From the NCBI GenBank assembly GCA_043816185.1, contig JBDRIG010000039.1, positions 1-30,094 of the forward strand: a stretch of DNA of 30,094 nucleotides. The letters are read 5' to 3'. The notes beneath the pieces are model-generated. The model made no database searches. It saw only the letters and a list, made by a program, of their open reading frames with translations, and was not told where the DNA came from. The translations under genes and the position numbers were made by a program. Positions 1 through 8,744 of the stretch are shown piece after piece (the stretch's first letter is position 1; each line of letters begins with the position of its first letter). Source of the stretch: Elusimicrobiota bacterium. Its GTDB lineage: Bacteria; Elusimicrobiota; UBA8919.

Positions 1-153
1 GGCGCTCGGGAATTGCTTCGCGGAAACGCCTCGCCTTTGAGGGCGGGCTCTCACTCGCACCGCTAAAAGTCATAAGGTGAAAAATAATAGTGTATGCGGT
101 GCTCCGTGAGGTTCCTCTCAGCAACCCCCTCACTCTGCGATGATATAAGGTGA
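1..153. repeat. Modular GC-rich structured repeat, two modules each ending in ATAAGGTGA
   Basis: 13-81 is identical (69 bp) to 10822-10890. 127-153 (CCCTCACTCTGCGATGATATAAGGTGA) matches 30058-30084 with one mismatch. GCACCGC (57-63) and GCGGTGC (95-101) are inverted. Confidence 0.9.
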
Positions 154-239
154 GAAAGTGTTTCGACATTCTAAAATAATGCCACAATTTATTGTAACTT
201 TAAACAATCCAACTTTTAGTTTTTAATTCTGGTTTACAT

Positions 240-2138
240 ATGTCTTGTAAAATAAAATTTTTACCATCTGATAAAGAGATAACCATTGCAGAAGGAACGG
301 ATTTATTGTCCGCTGCTATGATAGGCGGTATCCAGATTTATAATTCCTGTGGTGGAGAAGGTGTGTGTGGAAGATGTAAAGTCAAAATCATAAAAGGTAG
401 AATTCTTGTGAATGAAACAGATGAAAAAGAAAGAAATGATGACTATGTTCTTGCCTGTCAAACCATCTGCAACGGAAATATGGAGATTTTTATACCAGAA
501 GAATCACGTGTTGAAAATGCAGAAATTTTAACAAAAGGTAAAGAAATTTATACACCTGTTGAATCGATAGATATAACCCCTGCCACTTTTGAGGAAAAAT
601 TTTTCAAGATAAACACACTTTCAACAAAACTTTACCTACGATTACCAAAACCATCACTTAATGATATGGTTGCAGATCTTGAAAGAATTTTCAGAGAACT
701 AAAAAAATTAGAAATTACAAATCCCGTTATGCAAATGGGACTTGCAAATATAAAAAAACTTCCTTCACTTTTAAGAGCAGCAAATTTTGATATTACAGTT
801 ACTCTTGGAAACAGAAATGGCACCATGGAACTTGTAATGGTGGAACCAGGTGATGTGTCCGACAAAAATTTTGGAATTGCTGTTGATATAGGTACAACCA
901 CAATAGTTGCTTATCTTATTAATTTGAACCCGCATTTCGCGAAACAAAAAATCCTTTCCGCAAAAGCAATGTATAATCCGCAGATTTCTTTCGGGGAAGA
1001 TGTTATAACAAGAATAATTCATGCGGAAAATTTATCTGGACTTGACCGTCTACATCGTGTAGTTATTGATGCAATAAACGATTTGATAATTTCGTTGGTT
1101 GTTGAAAACAAAATTTCGCTTAACGATGTTAATTGCGTCGTTTGTGCTGGTAACACAACAATGATTCATCTTTTATTAAAAGTTGACCCAACAAATATTA
1201 GACGTTCGCCGTACATTCCAGCTGCAAACCTATTTCCTACAATTCGTGCAGTCGAAGCAGGTTTAAAAATAAATCCGAGAGGGCTTTTATCGTGTCTACC
1301 GTGTGTTTCCTCATATGTTGGTGGTGATATTACAGCAGGTGTTTTGGCAAGTGGAATGAGCAATTTTTCTCAACTTGCACTTTTTATTGATCTTGGCACA
1401 AACGGTGAAATTGTTTTGGGCAACAAGGACTTTCTTGTATGTTGTTCAACTTCTGCTGGCCCTTGTTTTGAAGGCGGTGGCTTAAAATGTGGAGTAAGAG
1501 CACAAACAGGTGCTGTAGAAAAATTCGAAATTAGCGACGACAAAATTTCAATCAAAACAATCAATAATAAACCACCAATTGGAATCTGTGGCGCGGGTAT
1601 TATCTCTGTTATTGCTGAGTTTTTTGTAAAAGGTATTATTGATAAGGCAGGCAATTTTATTGCAGGTTCTTCAAAATTCTTAGAAAAAACAGATGAAGGA
1701 TTGGAATTTTTCATTACGCCAACAATTTCGATAACACAAGCAGATATAAAAAATTTTATTCATTCAAAAGGAGCAATATTTTCGGGCATAGAAGTTTTAT
1801 TAAAAAAAATGGGTATCGATTTTCATCAGATTTCACAAATAATTATTGCTGGTGGACTTGGTAATGCACTTGACATTGAAAAGTCAATTATACTCGGACT
1901 TTTTCCAGAAATATCAAAAGAAAAATTTTCATTTATAGGCAACAGTTCAATTACAGGTGCTAAAATGTGTCTTTTATCTCAAAGTGCAATGCAAAAAGTT
2001 CAAGAAATTGCACAAAAAATGACATATATCGATTTAAGTTGCGACAATGAATTTATGGATAGTTATACTGCATCACTATTTTTGCCACATACGAATTTGA
2101 ATATGTTTCCGTCGGTAAAAAATGCAAAAAAGCGATGA
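240..2138 (+). CDS. acsV: Reductive activator of the corrinoid Fe-S protein (RACo; N-terminal 2Fe-2S plus ASKHA/DUF4445 domain)
   Basis: CGGEGVCGRC...LACQ ferredoxin motif, DIGTTT, DLGTNGE, AGPCFEGG and GICGAG motifs; lies next to acsD/acsE. Confidence 0.9.
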   Translation: MSCKIKFLPSDKEITIAEGTDLLSAAMIGGIQIYNSCGGEGVCGRCKVKIIKGRILVNETDEKERNDDYVLACQTICNGNMEIFIPEESRVENAEILTKGKEIYTPVESIDITPATFEEKFFKINTLSTKLYLRLPKPSLNDMVADLERIFRELKKLEITNPVMQMGLANIKKLPSLLRAANFDITVTLGNRNGTMELVMVEPGDVSDKNFGIAVDIGTTTIVAYLINLNPHFAKQKILSAKAMYNPQISFGEDVITRIIHAENLSGLDRLHRVVIDAINDLIISLVVENKISLNDVNCVVCAGNTTMIHLLLKVDPTNIRRSPYIPAANLFPTIRAVEAGLKINPRGLLSCLPCVSSYVGGDITAGVLASGMSNFSQLALFIDLGTNGEIVLGNKDFLVCCSTSAGPCFEGGGLKCGVRAQTGAVEKFEISDDKISIKTINNKPPIGICGAGIISVIAEFFVKGIIDKAGNFIAGSSKFLEKTDEGLEFFITPTISITQADIKNFIHSKGAIFSGIEVLLKKMGIDFHQISQIIIAGGLGNALDIEKSIILGLFPEISKEKFSFIGNSSITGAKMCLLSQSAMQKVQEIAQKMTYIDLSCDNEFMDSYTASLFLPHTNLNMFPSVKNAKKR

Positions 2139-2255
2139 TATACTAATACAAGACAACGACGACAGTGACGGAGATGACATACTAAGGCAATGATAGGGCA
2201 ATAAGATTTCTACGTATAGCCATATCAGCGTATAATCGATTTTTCGGAGATTTCA

Positions 2256-3263
2256 ATGGAACAAGTAATTGAAAAATGGCCTGGAAAAATATATGAATTG
2301 ACGATTGGTGCGACAAAAGAAGAGGGTGGAAGTCGCTCAAAAAAAATTAAAATTGGCGGATTTAACACACTCCCATTTCTTTTTTTTGAGTCCTCTCCAA
2401 CAAACAATCCACCTACTTCTCCGACGAGCAATTCACCTGCTTCTGCAATATACAATCCACCTGCTGTTGCGATGGAAGTATGGGATGCAGAACCAATCGA
2501 CTGGCCAGATGTTCTTAAAAATGAATATAGTGGTGTATTGAATGACCCTGCGAAGTGGGCAAAAAAATGCGAGGATACTGGTTGCGATTTAATATGTCTT
2601 CGATTAGAAAGTACAAATCCCGACGGGGAAAATGCATCTGCAACAGATGTAGCAAAAACAATAAAAAATGTTTTATCTGCAACAACCCTTCCTTTAATAA
2701 TAATTGGCTGTGGTAATAGCGAAAAAGATTCATCAATTATTATGAGTATAACCGATTCGGCAAAAGGCGAGAATTGTCTTTTGGGTGTTGCAACAAAACA
2801 GAATTATAAAACATTTACCGCAGCGGCTCTTTCGGGAGGACATTCGCTAATTGCAGAAACTCCGCTTGATATAAATCTTGAAAAACAATTAAATATTTTA
2901 ATAACCGATATTGGATTTAATTCTAACCGTCTTATAATTCATCCGTCAACAGGTGGTTTGGGATATGGGTTTGAGTATTGTTATACAATAATTGAAAGAA
3001 CGCGACTCGCTGCATTATCAGGCGACAAAATGATGTCTCAACCGATAGTTACTTTTGTTGGACAAGAGGTATGGAAGGCAAAAGAATGTAAAACAAATGA
3101 AACGGAAAGACCTGAATGGGGTTCTATTAAAGAGAGAGGTATTTTGTGGGAAATAACAACATCTGTCGGATATATTCAAGCAGGAAGCGATATTGTCGTC
3201 GTAAACCATCCAACAACCATTAAAGAAATAAAAAATTATATTGAAAAGTTAAGCATAAAATAA
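2256..3263 (+). CDS. acsD: Corrinoid iron-sulfur protein small subunit (CO dehydrogenase/acetyl-CoA synthase delta subunit)
   Basis: GATKEEGGSR, AMEVWD, TPLDINLEKQLN, GLGYGFEYCY..IERTRLAALSGD and RGILWE motifs; GGAGA RBS upstream. Confidence 0.93.
   Translation: MEQVIEKWPGKIYELTIGATKEEGGSRSKKIKIGGFNTLPFLFFESSPTNNPPTSPTSNSPASAIYNPPAVAMEVWDAEPIDWPDVLKNEYSGVLNDPAKWAKKCEDTGCDLICLRLESTNPDGENASATDVAKTIKNVLSATTLPLIIIGCGNSEKDSSIIMSITDSAKGENCLLGVATKQNYKTFTAAALSGGHSLIAETPLDINLEKQLNILITDIGFNSNRLIIHPSTGGLGYGFEYCYTIIERTRLAALSGDKMMSQPIVTFVGQEVWKAKECKTNETERPEWGSIKERGILWEITTSVGYIQAGSDIVVVNHPTTIKEIKNYIEKLSIK
2394..2465 (+). repeat. Three imperfect 24-bp in-frame tandem repeats inside acsD
   Basis: tctccaacaaacaatccacctact / tctccgacgagcaattcacctgct / tctgcaatatacaatccacctgct, encoding SPTNNPPT SPTSNSPA SAIYNPPA. 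Confidence 0.85.
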
Positions 3264-3375
3264 AAAACGACACGACGATGTAAGATAGATGATGTAAGAC
3301 AACGACTATAAAACAACAGCGGCCTTACGGTGATACAATTTTTGCGTATTAGCGATAAACATATTGGCAATAATT

Positions 3376-3385
3376 GGGGGGGGGG
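3376..3385 (+). promoter_or_regulatory. G10 homopolymer at the ribosome-binding-site position of ackA
   Basis: Ten G residues ending 7 nt before the GTG at 3393. Confidence 0.55.
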
Positions 3386-3392
3386 TGTAAAA

Positions 3393-4607
3393 GTGAAAAT
3401 CCTTGTCTTAAATTGCAGAATTTATTCTATTGAGTATGAGCTCTTTGAAATGCCTACTCAACACTCATGTGAGCCAAAGGAAACAGAATTGTGTTGTGGC
3501 ATTTTGGAGCATATCGGATTTGATGCCGCTATTCTTACCCATATTACAGGCGACAAAACAGAAAAAACTGTACAATCAGTTTTGGATCATCAGAAAGGAT
3601 TTGAACTTATTATGACAACAATCTTAAATTCAGAGTATAATTGTATCAAATCAAAGGATGAAATTTTTGCTATTGGACATAGGGTTGTACATGGCGGATG
3701 GACATTTACGTCTTCTGTTATAGTCGATGAAAACGTAAAGAAAGAGATTTACAAGAATTTTGAACTTGCTCCAATGCACAATCCATATAATCTAATAGGG
3801 ATTGAAACATCGGAGGTCTTTTTTTCCGGCAAAAAAAATGTTGCTGTCTTTGATACTGCATTTCACCAGACGATGCCAGAGGTTGCTTTCAGATATGCAC
3901 TACCTTCACGATTATATCATGAATATAAAATTAGAAGATATGGTTTTCATGGAACTTTTCATCAATATCTTTCTGAAAAAACTGCACAGTTATTGAAAAA
4001 AGACAAGGCAACATTGATTTCATTTTATCTTGGAGCTGGTTCAAGTGTTTGCGCAATTTCCGACGGTAAATCAATAGATATATCAATGGGTTTTACGCCA
4101 TTAGAAGGACTTGTAATGACCTCTCGTCCTGGTGATATAGACGCAGGAATCATTACTTATCTTTTAAGAAGTGGGTGGACGCTATCTGAAGTTGAAAACT
4201 GCCTCAACAAAGAAAGCGGAACTTATGGTATTTCTGGTATCAGCAATGAAATGAAAGACGTTGTGGAGGCGTTTGAAAAAGGAGATGCAAACGCAAAACT
4301 TGCAATTGATATTTTTGTTTACAGAATAAGAAAATATCTTGGTGCATATTATTTTATTTTGGGAGGGAAAATAGATGCAATTTCATTTACAGGAAAAATT
4401 GCAAAAAATTCGCCTCTTATAAGAGAAAAAATACTTACTGGACTTGAACAGTTTGGAGTGAAAATTGATTCAATAAAAAATGAAAAAACCATCAATACTG
4501 AAGGTGAAATAAGTACATTTGATTCAAAAGTGAAAATATTTGTTTTAACGAGAAACGAAAAATTGTTGATTGCAAGAGAAACAATGAAATTAGTAAAAAC
4601 AGAGTAG
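3393..4607 (+). CDS. ackA: Acetate kinase family protein with divergent nucleotide-binding motifs
   Basis: Start reassigned to GTG 3393 (MKILVLN). GHRVVHGG, LAPMHNP, VAVFDTAFHQT, RRYGFHGT and SMGFTPLEGL are retained; the phosphate-1, phosphate-2 and adenosine motifs are altered. Confidence 0.88.
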   Translation: MKILVLNCRIYSIEYELFEMPTQHSCEPKETELCCGILEHIGFDAAILTHITGDKTEKTVQSVLDHQKGFELIMTTILNSEYNCIKSKDEIFAIGHRVVHGGWTFTSSVIVDENVKKEIYKNFELAPMHNPYNLIGIETSEVFFSGKKNVAVFDTAFHQTMPEVAFRYALPSRLYHEYKIRRYGFHGTFHQYLSEKTAQLLKKDKATLISFYLGAGSSVCAISDGKSIDISMGFTPLEGLVMTSRPGDIDAGIITYLLRSGWTLSEVENCLNKESGTYGISGISNEMKDVVEAFEKGDANAKLAIDIFVYRIRKYLGAYYFILGGKIDAISFTGKIAKNSPLIREKILTGLEQFGVKIDSIKNEKTINTEGEISTFDSKVKIFVLTRNEKLLIARETMKLVKTE

Positions 4608-4612
4608 CATAA

Positions 4613-4704
4613 CACTACTTCGTTGAGTTCAGTCCGTCATCCATGGAAAAGCATGTCAAGTAGAAAATAGGTTGTCAATAAATAAGTCACTTAACGAAGC
4701 AGTG
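4613..4704. mobile_element. Putative ~92-bp MITE or IS remnant with terminal inverted repeats (IS701-like ends by recall)
   Basis: CACTACTTCGTTGAGT (4613-4628) versus the reverse complement of ACTTAACGAAGCAGTG (4689-4704): 14/16 match. Flanks are ATAA and GTAG. Confidence 0.55.
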
Positions 4705-4795
4705 GTAGAAAATAATGAAGAATAAAAGATAAAAAACATCTACTGTTTTCAGTTTCTCGTTTCCTGTTTCACACCTATCTTGATTGGAGAAAATT

Positions 4796-5587
4796 ATGTT
4801 TATTATCGGTGAAAAAATTAATGGAATGTTTAAAAATGTCGGCGAGGCAATTGCAACAAAGAACAAACTGATAATTCAGGAACTTGCAAAAAGTCAACTT
4901 GAAGCAGGTGCTAATGCTTTGGATGTCAACGTAGGACCTACATCAATAGATCCGCTAAAAGACATGGAGTGGCTAATTACTGCAATTCGAGGAGTGACCG
5001 ATAAACCACTTGCTATCGACACGACAAAACTGGCTGTTATGGAAAAAGGACTCTCGTTGGCAGGTAGCGGTTCGTTTTTAAATTCTGTTTCTGGACAAAA
5101 AGAAAAACTTGACTTGCTTTTACCAGTTGCTAAAAAATATGATTCAAAAATTATCGCTTTGACAATGAATAAATCAGGAGTTCCTGCAAATGCCGAATCG
5201 CGTTTGGAAATTGCATTAAATATAATTGCCGCTTGTCAGGAGCACGGAATTGAAATGGAAAATCTTTATATAGATGCAGTTATTCTTCCTGTAAATGTTG
5301 CTCAAGATCACTCGCCAGCAGTCTTGGAAACAATTAAACAATGTAAGCTTATTTGTGATCCTCCGCCTAAAACAATTTTAGGCTTATCAAATGTTTCCCA
5401 AAAAACACTTAACAGATCGCTTGTTGATAGAACATTTCTCATTATGGCTTTAGCATCAGGACTTGACGCCGCAATTTTAAATCCACTTGACAAAGAACTT
5501 GTAAATTCAATGATAACAGCAGAACTTCTTTTGGGTCGTCAACTTTATTGCGACTCGTATTTAGAAGCATATACAAAAAAATGGTGA
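4796..5587 (+). CDS. acsE: Methyltetrahydrofolate:corrinoid Fe-S protein methyltransferase
   Basis: MFIIGEKINGMF, LDVNVGP, LAIDTT, GLSNVSQ and GLDAAI pterin-binding motifs; ATG 4796 follows a GGAGA RBS. Confidence 0.93.
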   Translation: MFIIGEKINGMFKNVGEAIATKNKLIIQELAKSQLEAGANALDVNVGPTSIDPLKDMEWLITAIRGVTDKPLAIDTTKLAVMEKGLSLAGSGSFLNSVSGQKEKLDLLLPVAKKYDSKIIALTMNKSGVPANAESRLEIALNIIAACQEHGIEMENLYIDAVILPVNVAQDHSPAVLETIKQCKLICDPPPKTILGLSNVSQKTLNRSLVDRTFLIMALASGLDAAILNPLDKELVNSMITAELLLGRQLYCDSYLEAYTKKW

Positions 5588-5617
5588 CAGTATTAAAATA
5601 AAGAATAAGGACGTGTT

Positions 5618-7324
5618 ATGGCAAAAAAAATACCATCTGATATTGAGATAGCACAATCAATTAAGTTGAAACCAATAACCAATATTGCGGAAAAAATTGG
5701 CATCAAAAAAAATGAATTAGAATTATATGGTGATTATAAAGCAAAAGTAAAACTTGAAATTCTTGAACGAATAAAAAATAATAATCAAGCAAAATACATC
5801 GATGTAACCGCGATAACACCCACGCCACTTGGCGAGGGAAAAACTGTCACAACAATAGGTCTTTCACTCGGTCTTGCAAAAATTGGAAAGAAAGTTGCAA
5901 CTACAATAAGACAACCATCGTTGGGTCCTGTTTTTGGTATAAAAGGCGGTGCGGCAGGCGGTGGCTATGCACAGGTTTTGCCAATGGAAGATTTTAATTT
6001 ACATTTGACTGGTGATGTCCACGCAGTTTCAATTGCACATAATTTATGTGCCGCATTTTTAGATAATTCTCTCTACAAAGGAAATAAATTTAATATTGAC
6101 ATAAACAACATTTTATGGCGAAGGGTTGTTGATGTTTCAGATAGAGCATTGAGAAATATAAAAATAGGACTCGGAACAAAAGATGATGGAATTCCTCGCG
6201 ATTCAGGATTTGATATTTCAGTATCTTCTGAAGTTATGGCAATACTTGCACTTACAACCTCATTAAAAGATTTGAGGGAACGATTAGGAAAAATTGTTGT
6301 TGCATTTACACCAGACGGTAAACCGATTACTACTGAGGATTTGCAAGTCGCAGGTTCTATGGCAGCCCTTTTAAAAGATGCAATTAAACCTAATCTTCTT
6401 CAGACGACAGAATACACGCCTTGCCTTGTTCATGCCGGCCCTTTTGCAAATATAGCACACGGTAATAGTTCCGTACTGGCAGATTTGATTGCACTGAAAC
6501 TTGCTGATTATGTTGTAACGGAAAGCGGATTTGGTGCTGACTGTGGAATGGAAAAGTTTATGAATATAAAATGCAGATATTCAGGGCTTATTCCAAATTG
6601 CATAGTAATTGTCTGCTCGATACGCGCTTTAAAAATGCATTCTGGAAAATTTATGGTCGTTGCAGGCAAACCTCTTGACGACGGATTGATTAAAGAAAAT
6701 CTACCTGCCATCGAGGAAGGAATTTGTAATCTCGAAAAACACATAGAAAATGCTAAAATGTTTGGTGTGCCAGTGGTTGTTGCGATTAACAAATTTTCAT
6801 ACGATACCGATAAAGAAATAGAATTGGTTAGAGAAAGAGCAATAAAAGCGGGTGCAGATGACGCCGTATTAAGTGAGGTTTGGGAAAAAGGTGGTCAGGG
6901 TGGAGAAGAACTTGCAAAGGCTGTCGTAAAAGCAAGTGAAAAAAAGTCCAACTTCAAATTTTTATATGAACTCAATCAATCAATTAAAGAAAAAATAGAA
7001 ATAATAGCGACCAGGATTTATGGGGCAGATGGAGTTGATTATTTTCCTGAAGCAGAGAAAAAAATTGAACTATACACAAAATTAGGTTACGATAAACTTC
7101 CAATAAATATGGCAAAAACGCATCTTTCACTGTCGCACGATCCGAAACTTAAAGGCAGGCCACGCGGTTTTAGAGTTCCGATAAGAGATATTCGTGCATC
7201 TATAGGTGCTGGTTTTTTGTATCCAATTTTAGGCGAAATAAGAACAATGCCTGGTCTTCCCTCGATACCTGCTGGTACAAAAATAGATATTGATGAAAAT
7301 GGAAAAGTTGTAGGATTATTTTGA
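5618..7324 (+). CDS. fhs: Formate-tetrahydrofolate ligase
   Basis: TPTPLGEGKTVTT, GIKGGAAGGGYAQV, HAGPFANIAHG and TMPGLP motifs. Confidence 0.98.
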   Translation: MAKKIPSDIEIAQSIKLKPITNIAEKIGIKKNELELYGDYKAKVKLEILERIKNNNQAKYIDVTAITPTPLGEGKTVTTIGLSLGLAKIGKKVATTIRQPSLGPVFGIKGGAAGGGYAQVLPMEDFNLHLTGDVHAVSIAHNLCAAFLDNSLYKGNKFNIDINNILWRRVVDVSDRALRNIKIGLGTKDDGIPRDSGFDISVSSEVMAILALTTSLKDLRERLGKIVVAFTPDGKPITTEDLQVAGSMAALLKDAIKPNLLQTTEYTPCLVHAGPFANIAHGNSSVLADLIALKLADYVVTESGFGADCGMEKFMNIKCRYSGLIPNCIVIVCSIRALKMHSGKFMVVAGKPLDDGLIKENLPAIEEGICNLEKHIENAKMFGVPVVVAINKFSYDTDKEIELVRERAIKAGADDAVLSEVWEKGGQGGEELAKAVVKASEKKSNFKFLYELNQSIKEKIEIIATRIYGADGVDYFPEAEKKIELYTKLGYDKLPINMAKTHLSLSHDPKLKGRPRGFRVPIRDIRASIGAGFLYPILGEIRTMPGLPSIPAGTKIDIDENGKVVGLF

Positions 7325-7429
7325 TATACATTAAAATCCTATTTTGATATACCTTAAGCACGTTGTGCTCAACTTCATATCTGACAAATTACTAACTATA
7401 CCCATAATTTATATCGAACAATCGTTATT

Positions 7430-8614
7430 ATGAAAATGAAAAAATTTGAAAAAAATTGTTTAAAATTTTTGTTGAAAATGGTATCTACTAAAAGTTTGTC
7501 GAAAAACGAAAACGCTATTTCTGAAATCGTTGCCAAAGAGATGATGGCATTGAATTATGATGATGTCAAGATCGATAAACTCGGTTCTGTTGTTGGAAGA
7601 ATTGGAAACGACATATCTCAAAACGGCAAAAAAATTCTTTTTGATGCCCATATAGACACTGTTGGAATTGCCGATATAAAACAGTGGAATACAAATCCAT
7701 TTAAAGCAGTTTATAAAAATGGAGTTGTTTACGGAAGGGGTTCTTGTGATGATAAGGGTTGTGTCGCATCAATGGTTTATGCAGGAAGTTTAATAAAAAA
7801 ACTTGGGCTTTTAGGCAATTCTACGCTTTATGTTTCTGCGTCGGTTCAAGAAGAAACTGCTGAGGGCTGCGGAATTGATTATGTCCTTAAAAAATTAAAA
7901 TTTCGCCCAGATTGTGTTGTTATTGGCGAACCGTCAAACTTAAAAATTGTTAGAGGACATAAAGGCCGTGCAGAAATAAAAATCACAGCAATTGGTAAAT
8001 CCTGTCATGCAAGCACGCCTTCCGAGGGCGAAAATGCAATCTACAAAATCCTTCCGATAATAGAACACATTGACAAACTTAACAAAGAGTATAAATCAAC
8101 CTCACAACTCGGAAAACCAACAATATCAGTAACACAGATAGAAACAAAAAATGCATCAACAAATACAATTTCAGACAATTGTACAATTTATATCGACAGA
8201 AGGACTGTTGACGGAGAGACGAAGAAAAAGATTGATGGCGAACTTGAAAAAATATGTTGTAAAAACATAAAAATAGAATATCTGAAGAAATTTTTCAGTG
8301 CATGGATTTTACCAAAAGAACATTCTCTTGTTGAAGCAGCAATTTTATCCTATAAAAAAGCATACTCACAACCGAACCGTCGGCAAGGTCAATATGGTCG
8401 ACGGACAAGCAAAAAAAATCCGGATGTTATTCTGTGGCCATTTTGTACAAACGGTTCTTTCACAATGGGCGAAAAAAAAATTCCGACAATTGGTTTTGGA
8501 CCTGGCGAAGAAAAATATGCCCATATTGCAAACGAACAAATAAAATTCCGCGATGTTCTAACAGCGATAAAATTTTATTCTATCTTTCCATCGACATTTT
8601 CATCGAAAAAATAG
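7430..8614 (+). CDS. M20 family metallohydrolase, YgeY/ArgE-like
   Basis: DAHIDTV, GRGSCDDKG, VQEE, GEPS, CHAS..P..GENA, FCTNG and GFGPG..AH..NE motifs. Confidence 0.85.
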   Translation: MKMKKFEKNCLKFLLKMVSTKSLSKNENAISEIVAKEMMALNYDDVKIDKLGSVVGRIGNDISQNGKKILFDAHIDTVGIADIKQWNTNPFKAVYKNGVVYGRGSCDDKGCVASMVYAGSLIKKLGLLGNSTLYVSASVQEETAEGCGIDYVLKKLKFRPDCVVIGEPSNLKIVRGHKGRAEIKITAIGKSCHASTPSEGENAIYKILPIIEHIDKLNKEYKSTSQLGKPTISVTQIETKNASTNTISDNCTIYIDRRTVDGETKKKIDGELEKICCKNIKIEYLKKFFSAWILPKEHSLVEAAILSYKKAYSQPNRRQGQYGRRTSKKNPDVILWPFCTNGSFTMGEKKIPTIGFGPGEEKYAHIANEQIKFRDVLTAIKFYSIFPSTFSSKK

Positions 8615-8675
8615 GTTATCAATCAATTCACACTGTTGTATTCAATATCTGAATTCACCTTCACATGGCTTTTTA

Positions 8676-8703
8676 TTGATTTTTCCTGTTTTTTTGATAC
8701 AAT
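8676..8703 (+). promoter_or_regulatory. Putative sigma70 promoter for argF
   Basis: TTGATT-N16-TACAAT with an extended TGn before the -10 element. Confidence 0.45.
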
Positions 8704-8744
8704 GAAATTGTCGATAGTTTTTTCAATAGTCCCATTATAATATT

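Noticed and set aside
632..1714. Short antisense and alternative-frame ORFs overlapping the main genes (here and throughout the window)
   Set aside because: Shadow ORFs of well-supported + strand genes, with no motifs or RBS support.
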